The notes beneath the pieces are model-generated. The model worked only from the letters and a program-made list of their open reading frames with translations. It had not been told where the DNA came from and did no database searches. A stretch of 64,000 nucleotides of DNA. Origin: Eledone cirrhosa (lineage: Eukaryota). The stretch lies in the NCBI GenBank assembly GCA_964016885.1, contig OZ024741.1, positions 267,530,001 to 267,594,000 of the forward strand, given 5' to 3'. Made by a program: the position numbers and the translations under genes. Numbering within the stretch: position 1 is the first letter of the stretch; every line of letters begins with the position of its first letter. Shown here piece by piece: positions 26,187 through 40,553 of the stretch.

Positions 26187-26823
26187 ACACATTTTTCAAA
26201 TGCAGGCGGGTGCTATAGAAGTGGTGGATATCTTCCGGTACCTAGGAGATCAGATTAGCATGGGAGGGGGGTGTTCCGAGGCCATAGTATCTAGAATAAG
26301 GACGGGTTGGAAGAAGTTTGAAGGGAGCTGCTCTCTCTGCTGACGAAGAAGGGTTTCTCCCTGCGTACGAAAGGCTGGTTATATGATGCCTGTGTGAGGA
26401 GCGTGATGCTGCATGGTAGTGAGACATGGGCAGTAATTGCAGAGGATATGCGACGGCTGGAGAGAAATGAGGCAAGCATGCTCCGTTGGATGTGCAGTGT
26501 AAATGTGCGTGAACAACCCAGCATGAATGTGTTGAGAGAGAAACTGTGTCTGAGAGGGATAGAATGTAGTGTACGGGAGAGGAGACTGAGGTGGTATGTG
26601 ATGCGCATGGAGGATGACCGATGGGTGAAGAAGTGCCAAGAAATCCTAGTGGAAGGAAGACCACGAAAAACATGGGCGGAAGTGGTGAGAACAGACCTCA
26701 GATCGCTGAAGCTCACGGTGGAGATGACGAGGGACCGTGACGAGTGGAGAGATGCTGTGCTGAATAAGACGCGTCCCACCTTTGCAAGCAGGGAAGAGCA
26801 GACGTAAAATGATGATGATGATG
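26187..26823 (+). mobile_element. RTE family A 3' fragment
   Basis: ORF 26394-26807 and (ATG)n tail. Confidence 0.9.
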
Positions 26824-26849
26824 GTAATATATATATATATACATATATG

Positions 26850-26907
<58 letters not shown>

Positions 26908-27136
26908 CATATATGTATATATATACATATATCTATATATATATATACATATATGTATATATATACATATATCTATGTATATATATACATATATCTATAT
27001 ATATATATACATATATGTATATATATATATACATATATGTATATATATATATACATATATGTATATATATACATATATGTATATATAAAATAAAGTTAAA
27101 TAAAAGTCAAATGATTAAAATTTAGCTTCGTTTATT

Positions 27137-27191
27137 ACTGCTATATATATTTCAGTGACAGCCATCTTTGGCTGTGACCTCTTCAGGCAGT
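27137..27191 (-). ncRNA. Type-I hammerhead ribozyme
   Basis: actgc-CTGAAGA-ggtc acagcca aaga tggctgt cact-GAAA-tatata-TA-gcagt-AATAAA. Confidence 0.85.
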
Positions 27192-27280
27192 TTGAATTAG
27201 TATGGTATAGACAAGTACATATGTTATTTAGGTGTATGATATTGTATGGAATTTTTAAATACAAGAAGATTGTAGATGTA

Positions 27281-27322
<42 letters not shown>

Positions 27323-27469
27323 TATGTAAATATATGTATATATATACATATATGTATCTACATATATCTATATATATATATATACATATATGTATATATA
27401 TACATATATCTATATATATATATACATATATGTATATATACATCTACAATCTTCTTGTATTTAAAAATT

Positions 27470-29735
27470 CCATAATTCTGTCAGACCCTCGAAAACAATC
27501 TTCTACTTGTATTTAAACTCTTAATTATTGTTATATGCTCGTTTAATTATGGCCAAATTTCTAGGATTATATTATAAAATAACCTTCTCAAACCTTCTCT
27601 ATCCCCCTCATATATCGTATATATGCCTGCAGGTTCTCTCACCCTCCTCCCTCTCTCTCCAAATATAAAATAAACTTGTTGTGAGCTACGAATCTCAGAG
27701 TTTGTCGATCCTTATCTTGGCTGAACCTTGTCGATCCTTATATCGCTCGCTCGCTTTTGAGAAATGTTATGTATTCACCCTATTTTCTTGTCTCTCCATG
27801 TTCCTAGTCCATTCACCTATCAGTATTATATCGTCCGCTTAACTTAGAATCAAATCTTTTCTTTTCAATGTTATTCATAAAAAATTCTGTCTGATTATTC
27901 AAAACAATCTTCTTGTATTTTAAAATCCCATAATTCTGTCAGACCCCCGAAAACAATCTTCTATTTGTATTTAAACTCTTATTACTGTTATATGCTCGTT
28001 TAATTATGGCCGAATTTCTAGGATTATATTATAAAATATCTTTCTCGCTAACTCCCCTAGATCCCTCTCCCCCCTATCCCCACTCGCCACCATTATTATT
28101 TGGTCCAATCATAATTCAGCGGCTTATAATATGTTTCCCCTACCAATCTCCTTCACAAAACCACCACCTCGGCTATCACTCCTTAAGTTTAGACCTGGTT
28201 GCTTTTGATATGCTAGATGGACTATGGAATTCTGGAGAGTCTGAAAAATCTGGACACTCAATGACAATATCAAAGATAAAGATAAATTCACCTCATGTTG
28301 CCGGACGAGAATGCAAGGACTCCTCCTCTTTATTTCGGCCGCAGATGGCTAACATAACCCCATCTCCCTTACCCCTCCCTACACCTCATCCTTCCCACCC
28401 ACCAAACGCAATCCAAAACTTCAGAGTTGGTACCATGAATGTAGACACTTTAAAAGGTTGCTCTAACGAGGTTGTAGAGATGCTTGAATGTAAGGAAGTT
28501 GATGTTTGCTGTATTCAAGAGACCAGATGGAGGGGTGGGTCTGCTAGATTCATTGTGGGTAAAAAACGATGCTATAAAGTTTTCTGCGTGGGAAATGACA
28601 ATGGGTTGGGTGGAGTAGGAATCATGCTAGCAGAAAAAGGGGTAGATAAGATAATAGACGTAAATAGAGTGAATGAAAGAATAATTAAAATAAGACTTGT
28701 CCTAAATAGAACTACTGTGACAATAATATCCGCGTATGCACCCCAATCCGGACTGCCTGGCATTGTAAAAGACAGATTCTATGAGTCACTAATGCTCACT
28801 ACCTCCCAAATAACCGACAGTGACTACATAATTATTGCTGGAGACCTAAATGGTCATATTGGACAACATTATGACGGCTATGACAATCCATGGAGGCTAT
28901 GGTACTAGAAATGAGGAATGCCCAACAATCCTGGAATTCTGTATGAGGCTTGTATACAAACAGCTATGTTACAAGCAGTGAGACATGGGCATTGTGTGCA
29001 GAGGATCTGCGCAGACTAGAGAGGAACGAAGCATGCATGCTCCGTTGGATGTGTAATAGTAATATATGTGAACAGCAAAGCATAAATGAACTAAGTGAGA
29101 AATTAGGTATAAGAGGTATCAGATGCTGTTTACTTGAGAGAAGACTACGTTGGTATGGTCACATGATGCGCATGAAAGATGACAGCTATATAAAAAAGTG
29201 CAGGGCGATCAAAATTGACGGAAGTTACAGAGTAGGCAGACCCAGAAAAACATGGGATGATTTGATAAATTCCGACCTTACACACTTGCACCTCTCTAAG
29301 ACAATGTCACTGGACCGAGACCTTTGGCGCTACGCAGTAATACAGAAAACCCACCTTGCCTAAGTACAAAGCGAAACCTACAGTCAGTAGGCACCTCTTA
29401 ATCAAATATACCCCAACTTCCCCACCCCCTCAACACCACCCTTTTCTCTCTAAAGTTATGTTGGTACCACAATATCCAGTCCTAAATAAATGAAGTTGTG
29501 TAGGTGTCATGACAAAAAACACACAGTCCACGCTGTAATGTGGCCGTGTAGGTAACACGGTAAAAACCTCCCAGGCCACACTGTAAACGTGGTTGGTGTT
29601 AGGAAGGGCATCCAGCCGTAGAAAACCTGCTAGACAGTCCTACACGAGCAAGACAACCAATCTTGCCTCAAGTGGGACAATTCCCGTCTAAACCCATGCA
29701 AGCGTGGAAGATAGACGTTAAACGATGATGATGAT
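27470..29735 (+). mobile_element. RTE family B, internally deleted copy (5' region + APE fused to C-terminus + 3' UTR)
   Basis: APE ORF 28006-28908 jumps near 28941 to the post-RT C-terminus (28950-29363). RT core absent. Confidence 0.9.
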
Positions 29736-29768
29736 TTATATATATATATATATATATACATATATGTG

Positions 29769-29852
<84 letters not shown>

Positions 29853-29947
29853 AAGTAATTCCGTCGGAAAAGTCCAGGAAAAAAAGGTGCTCTATGTAAG
29901 CAACAGAGCTTAATTATTATTATGTAATAAACAACATAAGGCAATTA

Positions 29948-30007
29948 TTCCATTTACCAGTGGTTTCTTAAAAGCAAAAGGTTTTGCTTTCAATCCTCAG
30001 AACGAAA
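29948..30007 (-). ncRNA. Type-I hammerhead ribozyme
   Basis: tttcgtt-CTGAGGA-ttgaaagcaaa acct tttgcttttaa-GAAA-cc act gg-TA-aatggaa. Confidence 0.75.
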
Positions 30008-30141
30008 AAATCCTGGTTTGTTTATTGAATTTGGATCTTAAAAACAAAAAAAGCAAGCTATATGAAGTTGAGGCTGGAGAAGGAAGAAGGAAAGGAAAAA
30101 ATAAAAACAAAATAAGACTACCCATACAACCACACATACAC

Positions 30142-30246
<105 letters not shown>

Positions 30247-30656
30247 CACGCACACACACACACACACACACGCATGTGTATGCGCGCACGCACGCACGCG
30301 TATACAAATATAAATATATTTCCCCCATACACATGTGTGTGCGTGCTTGCGCGCATACGCGCAGGGTATGTTCTGTTGAAAGTGTCTCGTGAATTTATGG
30401 CTACAGTTGTATAGATTATACTTAGAAATTGTCCACAGAATTCCCTAAACCTTGGTCAATATACTAGAACCTTTAAGAATTTAGCTTTTAAGGAATCTCC
30501 CCTTCCTCCAAATCTATCTACTATGACTGACCCCATACTGATCTTACAGACACCTGTAAGCTAAAGAGAAAGCCAATGATAAGGATTGGCTCCAATATGA
30601 ATACAGAAATCTGTCTGCCTTTGTTCCTCTAAGAACAAACATATACAAACATTCAT

Positions 30657-30715
<59 letters not shown>

Positions 30716-30738
30716 TATCTACACACACACACGCATAC

Positions 30739-30773
<35 letters not shown>

Positions 30774-31276
30774 TACACACACACACATATACACACACAC
30801 ACATGCATATATACACACACATACACACACACAAAAGCACATATACATACGCACGAAATAGTCAACGCATTCACACACTCTCACACATAAAAAAAATTTT
30901 CAAATACAAATACATAACCGCATACATACGCATACATGCATAACCACGCACAAGTGTACAATCTATACACACACACATGTGTATACAACTATATGCACAC
31001 ACACACACATATATGCATACATAAGCACACATATAATTACATAAATACAAACGTACACACACATATATATACACACGTACACATATACATACATAGCTAA
31101 ACAATTATACACATACAAATACGTATATATCATAAACACGCACAACAGAACACAAACACACACACACACACACACATTCACACATATACACACACACACA
31201 CACACATATACAATTATCAATATATACACACGCACATATGTACACACACACACATATACACACACACATATACATA

Positions 31277-31310
<34 letters not shown>

Positions 31311-31486
31311 TACATATACATGCATATACACATATACACACATACACAACCACGCCCACACACATGCATACGCATACACACACGTATATGCGTGTGTGTA
31401 TGTAAAACTCAATCTTAGATAAACCATAAGGACCTTACATATACGTATATATAGTAGTAAAGTATTAAAGCAACATAAGGCAATTA

Positions 31487-31547
31487 TTCCATTTACCAAG
31501 GGTTTCTTAAAAGCAAAAAAATGTTTCCTACAATCTTCAGGATGAGA
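31487..31547 (-). ncRNA. Diverged hammerhead copy
   Basis: CTGAAGA..GAAA-cc ctt gg-TA-aatgga. Stems partly decayed. Confidence 0.45.
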
Positions 31548-31676
31548 GAAACCTGGCTTATCCACACATACACATATATACACACACACAAATACATACA
31601 TATATAAATACATACACACAGGCACACACACACATACGTATAAACATATATACATACACACATACACACACATATC

Positions 31677-31770
<94 letters not shown>

Positions 31771-32745
31771 CATACACACAAATATACACACACATACACA
31801 TAGGTATGTGGAGGGCAAGGCAAAAAGAATATATGTGGGGGCCACATAGGAGAAGGTAAAATATAAGGGGAGGTAAGAGAGAAAAAAATATATAATAAAT
31901 GTAGGTATACAAGAGTACAGAACGTAGAAACAGTAAAAAAAACCGTAGCAGAAGTAAAGAGCGGGAGAAGGAGTTCAAGGCGGTTGATTTCTCATAGGAG
32001 TGTCAATCCAGTTACAGATCAGGTGCGGTCTCAGATGAGGACAGCATCTGAAGATCTCAGTCTTTGAATTAAGGCAAGCGGAAGTGTCTCTCAAGTTTAG
32101 CAAAATCCTATACTTTTCTGTGGTACACAAAGAACAATTCTTTGTGCCCCTTTGGTACTCCCTCGAATGGTCTAATATAGACCAATCAATAGAGTACGGG
32201 ATGTTACTATCCTTGAGTTCCCACACCTTACTTGCGAGGGCCATTGATGTTCGTTTATCGGAGTGCTTAAAAGTATGGGGTCAGTCATGGTAGATAGATT
32301 TGGAGGAAGGGGAGATTCCTTAAAAGCTAAATTCTTAAAGGTTCTAGTATATTGACCAAGGTTTAGGGAATTCTGTGGACAATTTCTAAGTATAATCTAT
32401 ACAACTGTAGCCATAAATTCACGAGACACTTTCAACAGAACATACCCTGCGCGTATGCGCGCATGCACGCACACACATGTGTATGGGGGAAATATATTTA
32501 TATTTGTATACGCGTGCGTGCGTGCGCGCATACATATGCGTGTGTGTGTGTGTGTGTGTGCGTGTGTGTGTGTGTGTGTGCACGTGTGTGTGTGTGTGTG
32601 TGTGTGTTTTCGTGTATGTGTGGTTGTATGGGTAGTCTTATTTTGTTTTTATTTTTTCCTTTCCTTCTTCCTTCTCCAGCCTCAACTTCATATAGCTTGC
32701 TTTTTTTGTTTTTAAGATCCAAATTCAATAAACAAACCAGGATTT

Positions 32746-32805
32746 TTTCGTTCTGAGGATTGAAAGCAAAACCTTTTGCTTTTAAGAAACCACTGGTAAA
32801 TGGAA
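32746..32805 (+). ncRNA. Type-I hammerhead ribozyme (inverted copy of 29948-30007)
   Basis: Identical motif on the opposite strand. Confidence 0.75.
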
Positions 32806-32831
32806 TAATTGCCTTATGTTGTTTATTACAT

Positions 32832-32937
<106 letters not shown>

Positions 32938-32982
32938 CGTAAAATAAGAAAATTATAAAATTAACTTACTTACTAAAATATA

Positions 32983-33064
32983 ACTTCCAACTAATTAGTT
33001 TCTGGAATGGAGTAAATATATTTTCCGAAGAAGATACAGAGAAACATTCCGTCGTCAGGGAAGT
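32983..33064 (-). ncRNA. Type-I hammerhead ribozyme with large loop 2
   Basis: acttcc-CTGACGA-c ggaatg..cattcc a-GAAA-ctaattag-TT-ggaagt. Palindromic ACTAATTAGT stem III. Confidence 0.7.
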
Positions 33065-33340
33065 CTATTCTCGTCTAAGTTTCCAGGCAAAGCGAGGACT
33101 CTGGAAACTTATTAAAAAATAATTCAGTGGATAGGAAATAGCAAAGCGTGGACTGAATTCCTAGCCATTGATAAAATAACTGCCTCTGCGTCTGTGGCAA
33201 ATTCAAAAAGAATCAATCACGTGACATCGAGGTCAATCAGTGGATTGAACCACAATGTTACTAAGACAAAACCTATATATTTGCTAGCATTGATATGCAT
33301 CTGTATGTATATATATGTTACTAAATATTAATTCTTTATA

Positions 33341-33435
<95 letters not shown>

Positions 33436-34180
33436 TGTAATATATATATACCTATATGTATATATATATACATATATGTATATATTCATATATGTAATAA
33501 CTATATACCTATATGTATATATATATATATATATATATACATATATGTATATATATATATATATAAATGAAAGGTATAGAAATTATTGTAGCAAGAAGCC
33601 AACAGTATTCCATAACATATAAGTGACTATAGCGTCAAAATGGAAAAATAGTTAACGTAAGATGTGGGAAAATAATTCAAACTCAATTCAAAAAGAATCA
33701 GGATATAGATTCATCCACAGAATTTAGTGAAATCCAGGGAAAAATCAATAGAGCCTTAACTCAGAATAAACTAAAGTTTAAAATACTCATCCTTCAATTT
33801 GGAAAAACTACAAATGCTCTGTATAGTCTTAAAGACTATTTCACGAAACTTTCAGTGGGGATGGTCACGGTTGGAATCGATCATCAGCAGAGCTCAAAGA
33901 CACGATAACCAAAGTTCCACTGTTTATAATATGCCAAAACGGTAATTTAAAGCAGGCTAGTTCAACATCATGTGTAATTATGAAGAAAAACGCCCATGTA
34001 GAGACAGGGCTGGTGACGTCAGAATGAGACGAATGTCTGTTTACATGAAACAACAGTCAAAAACATTCCGAAAAAAACTCTACAATATAAGGAGTTCAGC
34101 AAAAGCAATATTATCACGGTATATATATACATATATGTATATATATATACATATATGTATCAATCTTTCAATTTTATTCG

Positions 34181-37100
34181 ATAATTCTGTCAGACCCTCA
34201 AAAACAATCTCTGATTAGTTATACGTTCGTTTAAATTATGGTCGAATTTGTATGTTTAGATTATAAAAATAACCTTCTCATTAATTTCCCCATATCCCCC
34301 CTGCCCCCACTCACTACCATTATTATATGGTCCAATCATAATTCAGTGGCTAATATGTTTCTCTTCCCAATCTCCTTCACAAAACCACCACCTCGGCTAT
34401 CACTCCTTAAGTTTAAACCTGGTTGCTTTTGATATGCTAGATGGACTATGGAATTCTGGAGAGTCTGAAGAATCTGGACACTCAATGACAATGTCAAAGA
34501 TAAAGATAAATTCACCTCATGTTGCTGGACGAAAATGAGAGGATTCCTCTTTATTTCAGACGCGGATGGCTAACATAACCCCATCTCCCTGACCCCTCAC
34601 CTCCTCCAACCCATCCATTCCACCCACCAAACCTAATCCAAAACTTCAGAGTTGGTATCATGAATGTTGGCACTTTAAAGGGTCACTCTAACGAGGTTGT
34701 AGAGATGCTTGAATGTAAGGAATTTGATGGTTGTTGCGTCCAAGAGACTAGGTGGCGGGGTGGGTCTGCTAGATTCATTGTGGGTAAAAAACGATGCTAT
34801 AAACTTTTCTGGGTAGAAAATGAAAATGGGCTGCTTGGAGTAGGAATTATGTTAGCAGAAAAATGGGTAGATAAGGTAATTGATGTAAATAGAGTGAACG
34901 ACAGAATAATCAAAATAAAATTTGTCCTAAATAGAACTACTGTGACAATAATATCCGCTTACGCATCCCCAATCTGGACTGCCTGGCATTATAAAAGACA
35001 GATTCTATGAGTCGCTAATGCTCACTACCTCCCAACTAACTGACAGTTACTACATAATTATTGCTGGACACCTAAATGGTCATGTTGGACAACATTGTGA
35101 CGGCTATGACGGAATCCATGGGGGCTACGGGTTTGGTACCAGAAATGAGGAAGGCTTCAGAATACTGGAATTCTGTGATGCTAATAATCTAACTATCTGT
35201 AACACAAACTTCAAAAAATGAGACAATCACTTGATCACCTATAGATCAGGGGAACACGACAGTCAGATAGATTATATCCTTACCAGAAGACGTGACAGGG
35301 TGTCTGTTGTAAACACTAAATCCCTCCCCCATTAAGAATGCACCTCCCAACATAGCCTCATAGTCAGGACGAGACGTACTAGACAACAGAGGAGGACTAC
35401 CCTAAGGAGAAGAATATGGAAGTTAAAGGACCCCACAGCCAGTAACAAATTTAAAAGCATATTACCTGATGCTTTTGACAGTAAGGAAGAGCAATTAGAG
35501 TCGTACAATATAGAGGAACAGTGGGAGTTCCTGAAAGTTAACCTGCTGAAGGCGACAGATGAAATCTGTGGCTGGAGCAGACCTATAGGCAGGAGTAGAG
35601 TAACTTGGTGGTAGAACAGTAAGGTGTAGGAGTCAATCAAGGCCAAAAAGCAGGCTTGGAAAGTTTGGCGGGATGGGGGAAGTAGAGAAAACTATCAAGT
35701 GGCCAGAAGGGAAGCTAGGAGACAAGTGTACTTTGCAAAAAGAGAAGCAGAGGAAAGAAAGTTCAAGCATGTTCTACAATGCGAGGACCAAAAACATGAT
35801 GTGTTCAGGATTGCTAGGCAATGTGTCAAGGAGAGAAGTGTGTCTGTAATGATGATGGTGTACTTGCCATCACTGACGCTGATAAGAAGGTAGCTTGGAA
35901 GTGTCACTATGAGAGGCTACTAAATGAGGAGAATAAATGGGACAAAGATAGTTTGCCCCACATTGATCCAATAGAGGGACCAGCAGTGCAAGTTGAAGGT
36001 AGTATAATAAGTAAGGCAATCAAAGATATGAAGACAGGCAAGCCAGCTGAAATGCTGAAAGCATCTGGAACGGTGGGACACACTATGGTCACCCGGATAG
36101 TAAACCAAGTCATACAGAACGGAGTCATACCAAATGACTGGCGTAGCAGCATCATCATTAACTGCTACAATGGTAAAGGAGATGCACTAGATAGAGGCAC
36201 TAAATTAATTGATCAGGTCATGAAGGTCACAGAAAAAGTTATAGCGCAACTAATCAGAGAGCAAATTGATCTAGATGAAATGCAGTTTGGGTCTGTGTCA
36301 GATAAAAGTACCACAGACGCTCTTGTCCTTGTACGACAACTACAGGTTTACTTAGTTGTCCTTGTACGAGAATTAAGTAAACCCCTATACTTAGCTTTTG
36401 TTGATTTGGAGAAAGCCTTTGACAGAGTCCCCCGCTCCATTATCGGGTGGGTTCTTAGAAAACTTGGTGTTGATGAATGGCTTGTGAGAACTATACAAGC
36501 CATGTATAAAGGAACAGTCAGTAAGGTTAGAATTAACAACGAATATAGTGAAGGATTTAGCGTAAAAGTTGGTGTTCATCAGGGCTCTGTCCTTAGCCCC
36601 CTCCTATTTATTATTGCCCTTCAGGCTATAACAGAGGAGTTCAAGACCAGTTGCCCATGGGAACTTCTATATGCAGATCATCTAACGCTCATAGCTGAAT
36701 CTATGGCTGAACTAGAGAAAAAATTCCAAACATGGAAGCATGGCCTAGAATCAAAAGGCCTTAAAGTTAACCTGTCTAACACTAAAGTTCCAGTATGTAG
36801 TAAGGAAAATAGGGCACTGGTCCCCTCTGGGAAATGGCCATGCTCAGTGTGTAGGAAAGGAGTAGGCAGAAACTCCATTTTATGTCCCAAATGCAAAGTA
36901 TGGGTGCATAAAAGATGTAGTGGGATCAAAGGTAAGCTAACTAAGAACATAGATTTTATATGTGGCCGGTGCTCAGGTACAATAAGTAGTAGCAAGTGCC
37001 CACAGGATACTAGCTTCTTCCATTGACCAGATGGTTCTATAGAAATAGTGGACACCTTCCGTTACCTGGGTGACAAAATCAGCAGTGGTGGAGGGTGCTC

Positions 37101-37918
37101 TGAAAGTACAGTAGCCAGAGTCAGAACGGGATGGAAAAAGTTCAGAGAGCTTATACCGCTGTTGGCCGCTAAAGGTTTCTCTCTAAAAATGAAAGGCAGA
37201 CTGTATGATGCCTGCGTATGAACAGCAATGTTACATAGCAGTGAGACATGGGTATTGTGTGCAGAGGATCTGCGTATACTGGAGAGGAACGAAGCTTGCA
37301 TGCTCCGTTGGATGTGTAATAGCAATATACGAGAACGGCAAAGCATAAATGAACTAAGTGAGAAATTAGGAATAAGAGGGACCAGATGCTGTTTACTCGA
37401 GAGAAGACTACGTTGGTATGGTCACGTGATGCGCATGAAAGACGACAGCTGTATAAAAAAGTGCAGGGTGATCAAAATTGATGGAAGCTACGGAGTAGGC
37501 AGACCCAGAAAAACATGGGACGATTTGATACAAAGGGAAACCTACAGTCAGTAGGCACCTCTTAACCAAAAATACACCGCCATCCCACTACCCATGCCCC
37601 CACCCCCATCTACACCACCCCTTTCTCTGTAAAGTTATGTTAGTACCACAACATCCAGTCCTAAATAAATGAGGTCGTGTAGGTGTCACGACAAAAAAAC
37701 ACACAGTCCATGCTGTAATGTGGCCATGTAGGTAACACGGTAAAAACCTCTCAGTCCACACTGTAAACGTGGTTGGTGTTAGGAAGGGCATCCAGCTGTA
37801 GAAAACCTGCCAGACAGTCCTATACAAGCAAGACAACCAATCTTGCCTCAAGTGGGACAATTCCCGTCTCAACCCATGCTAGCGTGGAAGATAGACATTA
37901 AACGATGATGATGATGAT
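34181..37918 (+). mobile_element. RTE family B, near full length, decayed
   Basis: 5' region shared with 27470-28430. APE 34660-35330, RT/PHD 35821-37026, C-terminus 37228-37554, 3' UTR, (GAT)n. Confidence 0.95.
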
Positions 37919-37951
37919 ATATGTCTATATATATATATATACATATATGTA

Positions 37952-38285
37952 TCATTTCATCATCATTTCATTTTATGTCCGCTTTTTCCCTGCTTGCAGG
38001 GGTGGGACGGGAACTGATTCTGGCTTGATTTCTACAGCTGGATGCCCTTCCTAACACCAACCTCATTTACAGTGAGTGCTGGGTGCTTTTTTGCCGTGGC
38101 ACCTCCATGACCACTTTGCATTGGAATGATAGGGACTCCCGTCCTATCATCTCATTTCTACAGCTGAGTAAACTGGAGCAATGTGAAATAAAGTGTCTTG
38201 CTCAAGGAAACGACACATCACCCGGTGAACTCACAACTTTTTGATTGCAAGGCCAATGCTCTAGCCACTAAGCCATGTGCCTCCA
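37952..38285 (-). mobile_element. RTE-partner tRNA SINE
   Basis: Same family as 23884-24212. Confidence 0.85.
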
Positions 38286-38289
38286 TATA

Positions 38290-38878
38290 CAGATTAGCAT
38301 GGGAGGGGGGTGTTCCGGGGCCATTGTATCTAGAATAAGAACAGGTTGGAAGAAGTTTAGGGAGCTGCTTCCTCTGTTGACAAAGAAGGGTGTCTCCCTG
38401 CATACGAAAGGACGGTTATATGATGCCTGTGTGAGATGCGCAATGCTGCATGGTAGTGAGACATGGGCGGCCACTGCAGAGGATATTTGACGGCTGGAGA
38501 GAAATGAAGCTAGCATGCTCTGTTGGATGTGCAATGTCAATGTGCGTGAACAACCAAGCATGGACGAGTTGAGAAAGACACTGGGTATAAGAGGGATAAG
38601 TTGTGGTGTGCAGGAGAGAAGGCTGAGATGGTATGGGCATGTGATGGTCATGGAGGATGACCACGGGGTAAAGAAGTGCCAAGAAATCCCAGTAGAAGGA
38701 GATGCAGAAAAGGTAGACCACGTAAAACATGGGCGGAGGTGGTGAGAGCAGACCTCAGATCGCAGAAACTCACCGAGGAGATGATGAAGGACCATGACAA
38801 GTGGAGAGATGCTGTGCTGAATAGGACCCATCCAACCCTTGCAAGCAGAGAGAAGCGGATGTAAAATGATGATGATGA

Positions 38879-38880
<2 letters not shown>
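38290..38880 (+). mobile_element. RTE family A 3' fragment
   Basis: GGGCS..RIRTGWKKFREL..RRLRWYGH, (ATG)n tail. Confidence 0.9.
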
Positions 38881-38956
<76 letters not shown>

Positions 38957-38965
38957 GTATATATA

Positions 38966-39810
38966 TATATATGAATGTATATATAGTGTATTTTGCAATA
39001 CACTGTATGCTTAATTAAAAGCATTTTGAAGACCATACATTATTGTTTTAAAGTAGTGACAATGTCACTTACTTAAATTTTCAGCAAACAGGGGAGATAA
39101 GTTGGCAGAGCTCTGTTTCGTACTTGTTGGTACTTATCAAAGCTCACTACTCTTCCTGTTTGCTGAAAATGTGTGTTGGATTCTTATAGAATTCCTGATT
39201 ATTACTGGAATTCTATAAGAATCCAACACACATAATTTTCAGCAAACAGGAAGAGTAGTGAGCTTTGATAAGTACCAACAAGTACGAAACAGAGCTCTGA
39301 CAGCTTATATCCCTGTTTGCTGAAAATTTAAGTAAGTGACATTGTTACTACTTTAAAACAATAGCGTATGGTCTTCAAAATGCTTTTAATTAAGCATACA
39401 GTGTATTGCAAAATACACTATATATACATTCATATATATATATCGCTATTTCAGAGCACCAATTCTAATTTTCAATTTCTGCTGGACCAGGGACCCCTCT
39501 GTATAATCAATTCCTGATTATTACTAGAATTCTATAAGAATCCAACACACATAATTTTCAGCAAACAGGAAGAGTAGTGAGCTTTGATAAGTACCAACAA
39601 GTACGAAACAGAGGTCTGTCAGCTTATCTCCCCTGTTTGCTGAAAATTTAAGCAAGTGACATTGTCACTACTTTAAAACAATAGCGTATGATCTTCAAAA
39701 TGCTTTTAATTAAGCATACAGTGTATTGCAAAACATTCATATATATATCGCTATTTCAGAGCAAAACATTCATATATATATCGCTATTTCAGAGCACCAA
39801 TTCTAATATA
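38966..39810. repeat. Inverted plus tandem triplication of a ~240-300-bp unit
   Basis: 38966-39196 inverted relative to 39208-39440. Third, direct copy ~39510-39810. Confidence 0.85.
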
Positions 39811-39829
39811 TATATATATATATACATAT

Positions 39830-39892
<63 letters not shown>

Positions 39893-39895
39893 TGT

Positions 39896-39966
<71 letters not shown>

Positions 39967-39970
<4 letters not shown>

Positions 39971-40553
39971 GGCTGGAGCAGAGCTACAACCAGACAGAGA
40001 GTGACCTGGTGGTGGAAAAGCACAGTAAATAAGGCCATTAGAGACAAAAGACTAGCATGGAAGGCTTGGAAAAAGAGAAGCTAGACGTCAGATGTACTTA
40101 GCATGCAGGGAGGCTGAGATTAGGACGTTTGCCAATGTTCTGCGACGGGAAGATCAGAGGCGTGCAGTGTTCCACATTGCAAGACAGTGTGTCAATGCAA
40201 ATCAGGATGTTGTTGGAGATAAATGTGTCCAGAATGATGCTGGTGTACTTAGTGTCACGAATGATCAGAAAAAGGAGGCCTGAAAATGTCATTATGAGAG
40301 ACTGATGAATGTGGAGAACGAATGGAAGAGAGAGAAATTACCATCAGTAGATCCGACAGATGGACCAGCTATTAAGATTAACGAATATAGGGTCCAAGAG
40401 GCGATTAAGGAAATGAAAAATGGTAAGGCTGCTAGACTATCGGGGATAGCTGCTGAGATGCTGAAGGCATCAGGGGACGTAGGCACTAAACTGGTTGCAC
40501 GCATCATCAATCAGGCTATATATGGTGGTGTCATACCCAAAGACTGGTGCAGC
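39967..40553 (+). mobile_element. RTE family A internal fragment
   Basis: Matches 45470-46090. Confidence 0.9.

Noticed and set aside
33835-33895. Minus-strand CTGATGA..GAAATAGTC
   Set aside because: Stem I does not pair.
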